This document shows positions 38,201-52,565 of a stretch of DNA of 64,000 nt, in pieces. The DNA is taken from NCBI GenBank assembly GCA_036172245.1, contig JAYWIR010000031.1, forward strand, positions 2,418,001 through 2,482,000, written 5' to 3'. Position numbers and translations under genes: made by a program. Under the pieces are notes generated by a model. It was not told where the DNA came from and did no database searches. It was given only the letters and a program-made list of their open reading frames with translations. The DNA is from Raillietiella orientalis (Eukaryota). Positions within the stretch are counted from its first letter, which is position 1, and each line of letters begins with the position of its first letter.

Positions 38201-40679
38201 ATTGCTATAAGATTTTGTTGCAAACAGCCTAATTACCTTATGGTGCTCCAACTACTTGAGTTCCTTTGAGAATTTCTTCCACAGGTCGAAACTTTCAAAG
38301 AGAACAAGAGCTCATATGCCACTCACTCTTATCTTTGTGTGATAAGCGAGAGCGTTGCGTACCTTGCTTGGCTGCCGAGGGTAAGTAGAAGGACACGGAT
38401 CTGGCAATTTGCATTTTCGCAGAGCCCTATTCCGGCTATCGCTGCGAAGGATATGATGTGGCCGAGTTACTTGCTGGGCGCGCCCTTGAAGAGTGAGAAG
38501 CAAACTAAGTCTTTGGGACAAAGGGAGAACCGAAAAGTTATTCGTTGTTTTAAGGGATGAGCACGTCTCGTGGGTCAATCCGTAGAGGAGTGTGCTGTGC
38601 GACTTGCACACATTTGTGCAAACGTATGAATGAACAATTCTGAGCTCGAACGCTGAGGGCGACAACGTTTGCGAGCTCGTGACGACACCCCTACTTGCAC
38701 CCATCACGACCACTTTTCCTCTGCCACAGACTCACCGGTTGATACAGCTGCATTGCCAGCAGGTTGGAATGGGAGCGAAGAGTAAGGTAAAGGTTCGATG
38801 TTTTTTGATTTCAGAGTCGCTTCATTACCTCTTGCTGGGCTCTCCGCATATCTTCGATGGCGGGAAAGCAGTGAAGTCTCCAGGCACACACGAAGGTGCA
38901 GGATGCACAGTGTCTGAGACGATGAAATGGGAGAAATGAACTTTTCGGAAATGCTATTCTTTCATTTGCTATCCTGTCGTGAACTTTCAAGCTTGCATGT
39001 ATCAACAAGGTTTGGGCACCAAATGGATCATGCACACCTGTGGAAATGTTGCACAGTACCGCCTGTCAAGAAATTTCATGTACTCTTAAGATCCGTATGT
39101 TTGGCCTCCATGTTGACCCATGGAAGATCTTCTTCTTGTAGTCGAGGACCCGGAGATGGTATATGCACCCCAACGTACGATTTACTCCGTGTAAAAATAC
39201 GGAAATTTTGCAGCCAACTCATCCTGCCTTTTTTGTGGTTAGAGGATACTTCCGCTTTTCTGTCTCATCGGAAATAAAAACCCAAGGGGCATTCTGGAGG
39301 ATTCCACAGAGTGAGTCAGTAGTAAGGCTCCCTGATTGCAGGGATAGTGCACACATCACCGTTTACGGTTTGGTGAAATACATTGCAATGCCAGAGCGTA
39401 ATCGCTTATCCTTCCCTCGGAAAGGACTACGCAAGTAAGTTGGTTCCTGTTGTCTACTGGTTGCAGTGCATCAAATGAATTTCCGGGAAAAGACGGACCT
39501 TTGCGTTTTGCAATTGGTGTTCTGACAGAAGAACAATGAAGACCGATCGGAAGCTCCGTACATTCATGGTAGCATCCAGTATTATAAGGCTTTTCTTGCA
39601 TCTCCAGTTTGATTTGAGGACTTTGCAATTCCGAATCTGTCCCATGTTTTGAGAAGAGTGGTCAGCTCCTCCGTGACATCGATCTGAGTATATTCTCTCA
39701 AAGTGCACACTGGGAAACTCGTCTTGTCAACGCACATTCCCCAAATGTTTTCCTGTGCCTCGGTCGAACTCAAAAAACCGTGGCTTTGCATAAACCGCGC
39801 ATAGGCTGATTAGTTATTGGCGAAGCACCCCCAATGTGGCACATGCCGCTCAGCGCCATCTCCCTCAGAAAGGAAGGCATTTATGACGGCACTTCGTGCA
39901 CCACCACTTCCACGATCCGTGTGCAAGTCGAAAGTTTTTTTGGAGTTCGTGAAGCAATTTCAACGATTCGGGATGCGCCTGGTGACTTCCGAGAACCGAG
40001 GACGCTTGATGGCGATACGTAGATCGAAAGATTGTAGCGTGGATGAGCCCCATGCTAATATTTCTAGTAATCGTCAACGGGAGAAAGGCTTTCCCCAACG
40101 CTAAGTAGGAATCGATGGTGGTTTCTCTGGAAAGCATAACCCAACTATCAAAGTTCTGCATTGTTCATGCATTATGGCGCCAAATCATGCCATGTTGGAG
40201 CCTTTTAAAGGTTCAACAGGCTAGCTTCAGCGAGCACAACCATGAAGAGTAGCTCGAGCATCCCAGAAAAACCACACGTGGTAGAGGCTAATTTGTCACA
40301 ACAACCATGACAACATACGGTGATTAAGAAGAGTAGAAATCACAAAATAACGGCTACTTCAATATACATTACATGTCCGCTTAAAGAATGATTGACTGCG
40401 CAGGTTTTATAAAGCTTTTCACATGTTTGGGAAGGATATGAAGGGAACGATATTCTACCAATATTCGATACACCATGAGATAACCGTAAGTTTTTCTTTT
40501 TCAATCGAAATCGTCGATAAGTGGCACGTGGACAAACCCAGATTTTGTGGGCTTTCTAAGACCACGTGACACCTAGAAAGGGTGTGACCGGAAGTCGAAT
40601 ATATGTGCTGCAATAATCCAGACACGCACAAGCCACATGACAATCTGATACAGCTAGAAAAGTTGCACAGAAGGCACCC

Positions 40680-43400
40680 CAATAAGGAAAAACACAGAGA
40701 CTAAAGAGCTTCCTCGTGAGGGCAGTCCTACGCGCCGGAAAGTGCAACCGCTGCAACAGGCGCATCCTGAGGGCCGGACAACTCCTGGTAAGCACGCCCT
40801 TTTATGATGAAAAAGGCGAGTGCACGGCTAACGGAGACTCGAAAGTTCTCAAGAAATACCGAAGAGGGAGAAGAGACCCCGTCTGGCGAGGCGTGCACGA
40901 GAGATAGAAGTGCGCAGGCGGTGAATGGGCTGGCAAGTGAGAGCACCCCTCTTGAACGCGAATTTCTCAAGCCGACGCTTCCGAAGTGAACCAGAACCTA
41001 TCCCCCTCCAAAAGAGAAACAAATCATCTCGGACGCGAAAGTCTATAGACAGCGATGACGACTCCGAAGAAGAATGAGACGGCGGTGCTCCATGGTTCCC
41101 AAGAAGGAACGGATTCGTAGTGAGGAAACGTCGGAAAAGGAATCTCCCTGGAGTAAGCGTGCAGGACACGCATTTTCGTGACTCTTTGCAGGACAAGAGG
41201 CATAGTCTACTGGTGGAATAAATGACCGCGATGCATCCAGGAAGCCACAGTAACGCTAGCTGTGCATAGGACTGAGAGGTACACCCGCCTCATAGGAAGG
41301 AGGGCACGCTGGAATCTTCCCAGGTGCGACAGAAGAAACCGCATGGCTGCTTGGAACGAGGAGTTTCCATCATCATGCTTTCGAAAGAGGTGCACAGGCT
41401 CCCCACGCGTATGATTTTGGGATCAAACCGTTCTTAGGAGGAACCGATGTGAAATGCGGCTCTGCACTCACTTGAGGAATCGAGTAGTCCCGTGATCCAC
41501 ACGCGGAGAGGATGCAACGCGTTTGCTTCGACAAAGGTGGTCGGGTGATACAGCTGCTACTCTGGTGTTGTGACTCGATCGACCTTGTCATAACAAAAGT
41601 CTATGCGTCCTGCGACTACCAACCCTATCGGAACCGAGTAAACTTTCCGAAGCACCTGCAACAAGACCGGCTGTAGTCGGCGCACTCTAAGACCGCACTC
41701 ATCAAAAGACGCTTGATGGCCGCCTGTACCCAAACTAATCTCACTTCCGGAGCCTGGGCTCGAAATTCAACGAAATGCTTGCAGCGAGGCTCACATCAAA
41801 CCTGTTGGCAGACGAATATGGGATGTGCGACTCCATCAATAGCCAATTTTTTGACGACCACCTCTAATCGAAAGTGAGACGACGAGGACAAACACGGTCT
41901 ACCTCACCGGAACATCCCTGGGTCGAGCTTGATCTAGTTACTCTTGGAAAAAACCTTGAGACGGAGATCTGGAAAATTTCAAAAGTGACCCTGGTTCTCC
42001 TACTGGCACGTTTTGCTGAAAGAAGGGCGAGCGCGCAGCGAAGCCTTCCTAAAGGCGCGCACTTTCGGCAGGCAGCTCTTTGCGAGATGACTCGTGGAAT
42101 GCGGTACTTTACTGGGGAGAGACCTCTGGAAGCTAAATGCAGTAAGCCTGCTAATCCCGGAAGGCCAAGTGCACTTCTCGCCGAAATTCACAAGACGTGC
42201 ACAGCGAAAAACTGACTTCCACTTGTGCGTATGGACCCTTTATGATCATAGACATCCCTGCGCTGCCCTTATTGGAGGGCTGCAAACCACAGTTGTCCAT
42301 GGTGCGGATGGACGGCCCTTCATCCATTCAAACACTTTGAGGAAAAACTAGCATCCATGGAGCATCAGTCAACGCAGCTAATCCTGGAAGTCATCTAGGG
42401 TCTGTCTGCTGGCTGTCGGAGATGACATTGAAAAGACCTGCGCAGCATGAGCATCTGGAGTCCGCTTGCAATCATCAACACGGAGTCAGGTTGCTCTCCA
42501 AGGTGTGGACAGCTCAGATTCGTCAGTTGTCGGAATCCCTAATCAGTCCGGTGCCCACCCAGATCATAGATGCCAAGATGCTCCACACCCACGGCAGCCT
42601 AAACCAGCCCACGGCTGGTTTAGGCTGCCCGAAGAGGCTGCGATTGCTTGCGAAAATAGCAAGAGCTGCACGATCCCACCCGAGAATTTAAGAGCACTGG
42701 CGGTCCCGGATGACCTTGAAAAGATTTTGGACTGCCTCCCTCAGGAGTTTTTACCCAGGATGCTGGAAACGGCTTGGCTTTCCACTCAGTTTCCTCCGCA
42801 ACTTGCTCCAGCTATGATGCAGGGAAGAGATTTGGAAAGCTTTCAGTTATCCTCTCACCAAGGGGGTTTAGGTCAAACGTGAAATCATGAAGGGAGACAG
42901 CTTGATGACGATGCCGCTCGAACTGATCTTTGAACTGGTGCTGAACGCGCAACCGCACACTCTAGACTGTCTCTGAGCGACTGTGCCAGTACGCCTGGAA
43001 TAGCGGGCCAACGTTGACGAATTGCTCCTTCTGCTAGCGCTATGAATCGCAGGCTTTTGGCGTAGCCAGGGACGCGAACTGGTCTTGAGAATTTTTGCGG
43101 GAAAGTTCCTCCATTACCTTGGTTTACCATGAGTTCATTCTCCCCAGGAGAACTATGATTCGTCTGCTTGAAAAAGGCAACGTGGCCTGGACCACTTTGG
43201 CGACAAGGGAATGTTGCCTTTTAAGAGGGCAGCAGCGTGGCACATTTTTGCAGTGCTCGTTTTTGGTCCCTTTTTTTCGAGCATCCTGTTGAAAGCTGGA
43301 TGAGCCGTCATGTCGCCGACTTGAAGAAGCAAACCCTGTGTGGCTTCTCCAGATCTAACTGCGATTGCAAGACTTGGTTACCCCTGCGAAGACGAGCACC
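40680..43400 (+). pseudogene. Ancient, heavily decayed LINE copy
   Basis: Remnant motifs in order: RMAAWN (about 41340), GRVIQL..DSIDLVITKVYA (about 41540-41610), VRLLSKVW (about 42485), LAVPDDLEKILDCL (about 42700). Confidence 0.65.
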
Positions 43401-45286
43401 TGAACTTATTCTTCGTCTATCAGAGGGAGGTGCAGGCATCGTTCTGGATTTTGCAACTCTAGGTGAGACTGCGGATCACTCACTGGTGTCTTCTTTTAAT
43501 TTTTAGGGGTTCTCTGCCATTAGTCAGGTATCAGTCTTTTGCGGGAACTTTCTGAGTTTCTGAAACAATTCCAAGTAATGTATGACAACAGCAAAGGAAG
43601 AAAATCATGAGCACACGATGTAAAGAGGCATTTCCTAGATTGCGTTCCCTAATACCCACGGTAAGCATTTCTTTATTTCGACTCATAAATCAAGAAGCTA
43701 TTCAATGACTTATGTTTTAGATCCAGAAGTATTAATTATCTGTTGAGAAGTCCATGAATGCGGACAGTTTAGTGCATTCCTCTCCTTTTCGTAGTTCCAC
43801 TCTTTCAAGTGATGTCTAAATGGTCAAGTGGTCAACTAGCAAACGGAAGGCCAGCCAACAAGAGATTGATGTTTGACAAAGGAACTGCTTCCTATTATCC
43901 TCTATCTTCTTCTGCTATCAACTCGAAATTTCTCTACCGATAATCACACAGCCTTCCCTTCCCATTTCTCAGTGTGGAGTCCCATCACCGATCCACCTAT
44001 TACAACAAAACCAATATGAAAAAAACTATTAGAAATTTCGTTCTTTAGAAAGGAAATGAACGAAATCCATAAAATCGGAAGTGCAGAGCAAAATAAGAAA
44101 GAAAAATGTAAAATCATGGGAAACTGAAAATGAGAAATGAAATGAAAAGGAAGCCATACTCATTCAAGTTTTAAGTAATACCTTCATAAAGGAGATCGAT
44201 AATGTGAGAAAATACATTCCAAGCATGTTTCATTTCAGCTGACTGATTTCGTTCACAATCACCTCCAATATTTCTCAACTTCATTTCAGCCTGATGGCAA
44301 TAAAAAGTCACTTTTATAACCTTTCACGGCTGCTGCGCAGTCCCACCGACCCCACTAAAAGAAACACCAATGAAAGTCCCTTCAAAGTACACAACACTTG
44401 TCTGTCCTCAAGTAAATTAAGAAATGAATGAAGAATTCGAAGGCTAATTCGAAGGCTCGGTGGTGGTTACTGAAAATCAGTTGCACCCAAATCAAAGTCG
44501 AGCTACGCTGCTGCGGGAATTTCAGCCACTACTCAAGGAAGAGTACGTCTTGAGGGATGCTGACCGACTGTCAATTGCAAAGAAGCAAATGTGAGGGCAT
44601 GCTAGAGAGCCTTCTTTTCATTGGTTTCTTACCACTGGTGGAAGAAGAAACACAGTCAAGAATCAAGAGCGAACCTATTTTATCCATAAAAAAATCAAAC
44701 CCTATCATAGGAAACATTCTGTCCCACGGAGGTGTCATTCAGAATATCGCTGGTGCATTCATAAGGACTTGTAATCTGCAGAGCAGTGATTAGGTTTCAT
44801 AAAAAGGGAAGACAGAAGTACCGAATCTTGCATTTGTAATGTGTGCAGGTATTTATGCTGATAAAATCGAGAGGTGCCTCAGTTTATATAGGCAATTCTA
44901 AGGTCTGAAACTGTAACATAAATCAGCAAAACTTCGAAAAAACTTTGTTCTCATGGAGTAGCCCAAATATTCATAAACTTTGAATCGAAATCATTGCCTG
45001 AATTTCGTATGTGCAGAAAATTGATGCATATGCAAAATTGCAATCCCATAAGAACTGTGGATAATAATCTGCACTTTCCTCGGGTAAATGTAAATTTTGT
45101 AAGCAATATGTAAACATATAAAAATGTTGTTCCTATTATGTTGTAAGCACTTGAAATCGAGCACGGTTTGAACTTTGGACAGTTTGTCACCAATGGTTCT
45201 CAATTGAAAATCGAAGCGCGGGAGGTTGGCACGCTGTTGGGGGAATTTGCTGGGAATTTACCGGCAAAAGGTGAAAGGGCGTGAAA

Positions 45287-45583
45287 ATGAACTCAAAAGG
45301 CAGTGAACCGAAAGTTCTTGTAATGTGTACCGGAAGTGTGGCAAGCATAAAAGTCCCGGAACTGGTGCGGGCTCTTGAGGAACGTTTGTCAGCTCATGTA
45401 AAAGTCGTTGCCACCGTGAACGCAGCAAAGTTTTTCTGCCTGGATGGCATCTATACAGATGATTTGGAATGGAAAACTTGGGAGAAGAGAGGAGATCCGA
45501 TTCTGCACATTGATCTGCGCAACTGGTGCGACGTGGGGGTAATTGCACCCTTGGATGCAAACACTCTGGGAAAGATAGCAAAC
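45287..45583 (+). CDS. PPCDC: First coding exon of phosphopantothenoylcysteine decarboxylase (HAL3/CoaC flavoprotein family)
   Basis: KVLVMCTGSVASIK, W..RGDPILHIDLRNWCD and IAPLDANTLGKIAN are hallmark PPC-DC/HAL3 motifs. The 99 codons end at a phase-0 AAC|GTAAGT donor. The downstream exon(s) (CDNLL, PAMN) were not found by eye. Confidence 0.92.
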
Positions 45584-46594
45584 GTAAGTGGAAAATCAGG
45601 TTCCTGAAATGCCCATTAATCTCATTAAATGAAATTTCCGAATAAACCTATTTGAATAGTTTACTTCATGGCAAAATTCGACAGCCCTTGGATGTTATTT
45701 TTATTATCAATTCTACTTACCGTAGTGTACAGTTTGAATGTGTTCATTTACTCATTTCTGAACTACATAGCCATTTGTTTTACCTCAATGCTTTTCAACT
45801 CTGGGTCTGATCAGCTTTATATGGTATCTCCTATATCTACTGCCGCATTGTTAACCAAATAACAAGCCTACATCTTAGGAGAAGACTGTTTTAATTTGGA
45901 AAAGATGAACAGATTTTTGCACCGACATTCAAAAGTAAATTTGTATTGCTAATTGGTGACCGTTTTTTTCTTTGCGCATTCATTTTTTGATCTAGGTTTC
46001 TTATATCAACTTCATTATCTAGACATAACTGGTTTTCAGTTTGCTTTCAAGTGCAGAGCTTGTGTAGGATGTTCCATTAGTTGGCCCTTAAAGGTCATGT
46101 CGTAGGGTAGTGGTCAGACATGAAGGAATTCGCAAGGTTTTCTCCTTGATGCACTCTGAGCAAGAAAACTGATTAGCAAAGAGAAAAGAAATTTACCAAC
46201 CAGATACCTGAAAACAGTTTTATCAGAGATGGGGTCATAGAAGGAGGCAGTGCTTGGAAAACACACTAACTTATTAACTGCTAAAGTATGTCAATTGGAA
46301 AGCAGCTTTCATGGATGTTTGTTTGTTATCATTTCTAGTGAATCTTAATAAAAATAATGCACCCTTTTTAGTGATGCGTAATATAATGCAGATAAAGAAA
46401 GGTAAAGGGTTAAAGAGACTGATCTTTTATTGTGAGAGATGAAAATTTATCATCATCACTATATCAGGACTGTTCTCATCATAAAAATTCAAGTCCATGA
46501 ATAAGGTATTATCAGAAGTGTTTTGTTGAAGACTTATTGCACATTACTATGCAAACAATTTTGCAACAGATGGTCAATTGAATTCCTGGTCAGC

Positions 46595-47215
46595 CTACAT
46601 TCATCTGGGTGTGGCACTGGTAGTGGTTAAAACTGGGACAAATGATAGTTGACTTCCGGATCCTTCCAGGAATAATGGAGTGGGGAGTTCCCCTCTGGTT
46701 GTGAAGGGGCAGACCCCCTATTGCTGGGGGACCTTCTGCATCATACTGATGGTGTAGGTGTGTTGCCACCACCTCTCCAGAGACTGCAGAGAAGTGAACC
46801 AGTCCCTTCGGGGAAGCTGCATCCCTTCTGGGTTCTCTTCAGAGGAGTAAAAACAGGAGTGGATTCCTTGTGGGGGATTCTTCCAGAGCAGAAATTCCAG
46901 GAGTGCATCCTTTCCTGCATTCCCTTCAGAGAAGAAAGAATGGAGGGTACCCCCCTGGGGGTCTTCCAGAGAGAATAAGGAAGGAGATTCCTTTTTGGAT
47001 TCTCCTTTGGAGACAACCAGGGTGGAGGTGATCTCCATTTCCGAGGATCCCTCCCCAGGCATGAGAGGAACGGGCTCCGAGTTCTCCTTGAGTTCATAGG
47101 GTGGACCCTTCCAGGGCGCCTCCTATCTTGAAGCATTACCCACCCTCGGGTGGTGTGGAACCATGTCAAAGAACTGTGAAAACAGAAAAGAAGGATTTCC
47201 ATCAAAAAAAAAAAA
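46595..47215 (+). mobile_element. SINE-like repeat, copy 2 (lacks the tRNA head, ends in an A-run); probably intronic
   Basis: Shares CCAGGAATAA..GGAGTGGG, GGGTTCTCTTCAGAG, TTCTCCTTTGGAGACAACCAGGGTGG and CTCCGAGT..TTCATAGGG with copy 1. A-run at about 47203-47214. Confidence 0.7.
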
Positions 47216-50200
47216 CTAAAGCTAAATTTGAAAATTGTTTTCAATTTGGAGCTTTAGGAGTCCTAGGACAACTTTATCAGAACTGCCAGATGAATGCAGA
47301 ATGAGTTGAATGAAATGAAGATGAATTGAAAGGAAACGATCGAATCTTCTTAGAAAGAAAAATTAAGGATCGTGTAGACATTTATGTATTCTCTACAGAG
47401 TTTCTTTATGTCATGAGAAAGCAAGATCCATTGCTAGCTATGATTTGACAAATCCCATCCAAGAGGTTGGTCTCGCCTTTGTGATTTCATTTGCTGAGAA
47501 GAAAGAAACCTTTAGCTTATGAAAACTAAACATCGTATGATATTTGTGTAGTATTTTAAAATTAAACAATGAAACAATGAAAGGTGCAGTTATGAAAACA
47601 AGTTGACCTGAATTTATGTTTTCATAAATTTGCACCCAACTTAGTAATCAACTCAAAGCAAATAGCAAAAAGTATCAGCGCACGTGATACAGTGAAACGA
47701 AAAAAAGAAAAAGTCAGAAATCTAAATATTGTTCTAGTAATTAACATCTTTAAAGGACATGTGACTGTTTTTATCACAAACTGTCAAGTAACCAAGAAGC
47801 TGAAAGCTATACACCAGGAAACAATTAAACGTGGAACCATCAGACATTACTCTTGTAGATAGATGAGTGTTTATCATCCTTGAAATACCTTTTTTGCTTT
47901 TAAAATACATATAGTTTTCAAGGATGCTGCAAGGAAACAGTGTAGGAGCTTGTGCAGTGTTTGCTTATAGTTGGTTATTGAAAATAAGGAATAACTTCTT
48001 ATGGGTCTTTAATTCAGGCATCTTGAAATTCAGATATTGTTTTGATTGTTTTGTTTTTCTCACATGTCTTCAGTCTGAGTGTAAGTATGCACACATGTGT
48101 GATGCTATTGATGTGAAATGCAAGTCTGTGTTCTGGTACTTGTATTGAAGTTATTTACAAATTCATGCACGTAATTTATAAATGTAAGCTATGGATTCAT
48201 GGTACTGTTGCATTGTCTGCTTTGAGTATGGAGAGAATCTTACTAATGTGAGTGTTGAACAAAGCGTACTTGTTCCAGTGATGAGTAATTGGGTTTATTT
48301 TCAAATTCCTCTGCAGAATGTGAAGTATTTCTCCATGTTTATGAGAAATAGTGAGTGCCAACGAAGCAGCCAGTTGAATATTGAACTAGTTAAAAAATTA
48401 TCCGGAAACTCTTATTAATGTGTGGGTATTTCATGTTACAAAAAAAAAGCAAAGACGTTTCGGGAATTCAATAAAATTTTCCTCGTGCTCTCCGTCGGTA
48501 CAAACAGTAAGTTTGTTCGGCTGACGGTTTTGCCAGACTTTATTGGATCCACGTTATGGTACGCTTGGTGGTTTGGATCTGACTTCTTGAGCAAAGTCAT
48601 CTTTTCTTTGAAGGTTCTGTGGTCGGAATGTTTCGTGGAAACGAGTGGTTTCCTTTTCCAAAAACAGAATGGCAACTCATTTCTATCTTTGTTGGCCAAT
48701 CACCAAATCATGCACATCACGATCGTTTCAAACTGGGGTGCTTATAGACTATGCTTTGTAGGCTGTAGATGATCCTTCAGAACTGCCTTTTTTTTTCCAT
48801 TGTAATCTGATATGTAATTGATTGTTTGTTGGTTTTTTTTTTTTGCTGCCCCACTTACGTTTTAGTAATCTGTTTTCTGGATTCTCGTTTTCCAACTCAG
48901 TTCAAGAGGCTTTTTATTTCCACAAATTCATTCAACATCATTGCCTATTTGAGGTTTGAAGGGATTCGTGTCGTCTTTCGCATATAAATGCAAGTGATTT
49001 CTGATTCTATGCAACATGATAGATGTTTACTATGTGAACTGTTTTCATGCAGGTTTTCATTTGACATGTTCGAAATTCCTTAGTTCGAATCCACTGCTTC
49101 AATTTTTGAGCATTACACTGGGATCTGGGCAAGGTTTTCGAAACCGCAGCAGATTTTCTCGTGTTTCTTTAGGTAATCCTTTGTACACAGTAATGATACA
49201 CAGTGGTGAGTCACTTTTTAAGGAGGAAAGAAAAAATGCGTGTTCATAATAGTCTTCAATGCATTCCGGAAGCAAAACAACAGCATTCCGTAAAAATATT
49301 CTTAGCCATGCTTTTTGAGTATTTACGTAAGGAGAAGTCATGATGTATTTGTTGCATAGAAAAATCAGCGAAACGAATAGCGCATGGAGGGTCTCCGCGA
49401 TTTCCTGATGAACCAAAGAAGCTGCGGTATGCGAAACTCCAAGCTGCGGTGTTTTGCAGCGTGGAGTTTGAACGAACCCTCTGTATCTGTACCTGTTTTT
49501 CTTTTTTTCCACTTGAGATGTCTGCTTTACTTTGAATACTTCGGGTGGTTATTGCGCTCTTGTCGTTATTACGGGACAGCCGATACCTTTCCCCTGCTGC
49601 AGAATTCGTACTCTCGGCTGTGCATGTGATAAATTTAGGAGTTGGGAGCTCCGAAACGAATCTGAATCGAATCTGATCAGTTTTGCACAACTTTCAATTC
49701 CATCCCTGTACATTCTCTCCGGGAGCTTCGGTACGCACGTACCTCCAATACCTTTCCAGATGTGGGAACCCTCAATGCATGATCTTTGCTCTTGAAAAGG
49801 TTGTGGGAGTGCGTCTCTTCTGCATCTGTTGCGCATTCCAGTGGTTTCTTGCTTTGATTTCGAAGCACGAATTGTCTTGGCGGTTGAAAGTATTTGTCAT
49901 TGGTTTTTGCTTTCATCTATGACATGGAGCAATTTTGTTTTCCCACGGGACTGAAGTAAGGGCATGCTCTCATTTCTCAGCCAACTTTGAAGTCTTTAGT
50001 TTAGTACTTGGAAGTGTATCCCGAGATTTTATGTGACCTGCAGCCCAGATTAGTTTGGTTTCCCTAATTCGGTAGTCATCACTGAAAAGTACAGTTTTGG
50101 CTCCTCGGTTGTGTTCTAACGTTCAATCTCTCTGTGTTTTTCTTTGTAATTTTGATTTCATTTTACTTTCTCAGCACTTCTGGAAAGTTTGGTAGATTTT

Positions 50201-52189
50201 CAATTAGTTTTATAATACTTCAAGATTTTTAATTATTTGCAAAGCATTTTGAAGCGGCCTGGCTTCATGTTCTCCAGTCGAGCTACCCGTTCCGGAAAAG
50301 GAAACGCAGAAAATGCTTTCCTGAGGGCGTTTTTGTTACATTAGTTGATGTGCAAGAACCCACTGAGCACTTCAGTGTGGTTTGTATTCCCAATCTGCTC
50401 CGGGCTGGTCGAATGTGGTAGTCAGCTTGTGAAGTAATGTACCTCTATCTAGTGTTCCATGGCTTTCTTTCGAACGGTGGGATTATATGTTAGGTTGTTC
50501 TTTGGAGTCCAGTGATCTGTGAGCAGTTTCGACTAGAATCTGTCAGGATGTAAACATTTAGCAGTAATCCAGCCCTTTTGGAAATCACAGCTATTTAACC
50601 TGGGTACTTTGCTTTCTTCCTTTCTTTATTCTGCTAGGTATTTTCTAGTCTTTCCACGAATAGGATGTTGTTGCTCAGTTCAGGAAGGGCGTTCCGTTTG
50701 TTCTAAAAGAATCCCCTAGTTGCCATTTGCAGTGGTTTTGTATCTTGTTCTGTTTTTTTCCGTATTTTTTTCCTGAGCATTCGCAGGGCTACAGAAGCTC
50801 TATCGTTATTGTGCCGTTCTTTGTTAGAATTTGTGATTATATTATCATAGGTGAAATGATACTGTAGAAACATCGAATTGTTTCCTAAAGCAATGTAAGA
50901 AGAATGATTTGTAGTATCACAAACAAAATCTGTGGCTTGTGCGAATTTAATTGGCGAAAAAAAGTTGCAATGTAGATAATTTTTCTCGAGGAGAGTCACT
51001 GTTAATGAGGTTGGCATTGGCTCGTGGTTCTTAGTGTAATCTATTTTGATTTTCAGTTGAATGGTAAGTGATCCTCTGCGTCTCTCTAGACACGTCTAAG
51101 TTTGCATCTGTTTTCTGGATCTTTTGTGTTTCTAATTCCTGCAAGCTGTGGTCATAACAGGATGCATCGAGGAACGGATGCAGAATTGCTCTCGTTTGGT
51201 GGCATTGGATGTTTATCAGTGTCTTAGGTTTTCCCCTGGCGCTGCTAGTTGACAACGGACTGGTTGTAATTGGAAAAACTTTGATCCGCCAGCACGTCGT
51301 CTTTTTCGAATGTAATGAAAACGTAATTTTGTATATTATTGCGAAAAATTTCACCTACGAATGTTGTGAAAGCATTTCTTCTAATGCAATTCTGCATTGT
51401 TTTTAATCTCTTTTATTGTTTTGTGAAGTCCTTTTACTTAAGCAGTGCTAGGAGGTTTTCGTACAAGATTGAGGGCTGATTCGACTGATGGTTTCAAGCT
51501 AGAAAACATGTTTTCGCAGTTAGTAGGGATATCTAAGTCAGCGCTATTGGGATAGAGACGGTGAAATGCTGCAGGAAAAGGCAATCACATTAATTAATGT
51601 GTATTAAAGAAACCACAAATAAATAAGATTCAAATGAAAACGTATTGAATGCATGGGATATGCAAGTCAGGTATATTGCTGTGAAATTCTGATACAATTG
51701 ATTTATATTCATGTTTTCATGGGTACATTGTACTGTTCATTTTCGCAGTTATACTAGTAATACCATATGACAAGGCAACAGCCGTATCGCAATTCAAACG
51801 CTGCAGTGATACTTTTTTTTTCTATTAAGTACAACATGCTGAATGTCAAGCAGCAATCATAAGATTCTATATCATGAATTTCCGTTGTATGTTATAATTA
51901 TATATTAAGTATCAGCATATTGATAAATGTTTTCGAGAGGTGCTTTGTAATGGAATGAAAAAACCCACAATGGTTCAGACTGCGTTCGTTTGCCACATAT
52001 CAATCCATTGCTTCACTGGCAAGGAGGCGTGAGGGAGCGCACTAATGCTTTGTCCATAACCTCGCTGCAAGAGCGAGTTATGGAGCCTCAGCTCGGAGCT
52101 ACGACCCCATGCGTTCCAATGTCAGGAGGCCTAATCCTCCATCCCTGCGTGGGGAGCACAATTGTTTTAGTCAGACGTGGGACCACCTT

Positions 52190-52405
52190 GAGCCTTACAG
52201 GGCTATCCTTAGGTATCCCTTTGTCCAACTCTTTAATTGGGTTGGAGCGGGAAAAAAAAAGTAGAGTGAAGAGAGGGGCCGCGAACACCTTACAGGCCGC
52301 GCCCGCTCCTGCAAGTAAAACTTGACGCTCCGGAACGGACCGATTGCCAACTCCAACTTTTGAAGACGGTCGGGACAGACTTCCACAACGCAGTCCAAAG
52401 ATTTA
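52190..52405 (-). pseudogene. Family-C ORF2 thumb-region fragment
   Basis: DRLQKLELAIGPFRSVKFYLQER matches 3770-3840. Confidence 0.75.
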
Positions 52406-52417
52406 TGCGCGCTGGGC

Positions 52418-52565
52418 GGGCGTGTTTTCTCGGTGCTCCTCTGTGCTAGGAACCCTTCCTAAGTGCTTGCGTTCGGCGGTTCGCTGATCGATCAGGCAGC
52501 AATGCCTGACACCACCGCAGTGAGTGCCAGGGGGCGACGGCAAAGACGTCTCAAGAGGCGGTGGA
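52418..52565 (+). mobile_element. 5' terminus (5'UTR plus ORF1 start at about 52502)
   Basis: GGGCGTGTTTTCTCGGTGC...GATCAGGCAGCAATGCCTGACACC is homologous to 12007-11880 (-) and 17709-17600 (-). Confidence 0.8.

Noticed and set aside
38300..40100. Possible ancient LTR/DIRS-type RT remnant on the minus strand (LIILDA, GILQNAP-like words)
   Set aside because: Only isolated short words, with no catalytic motif or consistent frame. An HMM search would be needed.
51540..51680. YWDR and AWDM words as PPCDC exon 2
   Set aside because: No CDNLL or PAMN context, and in-frame stops lie nearby.
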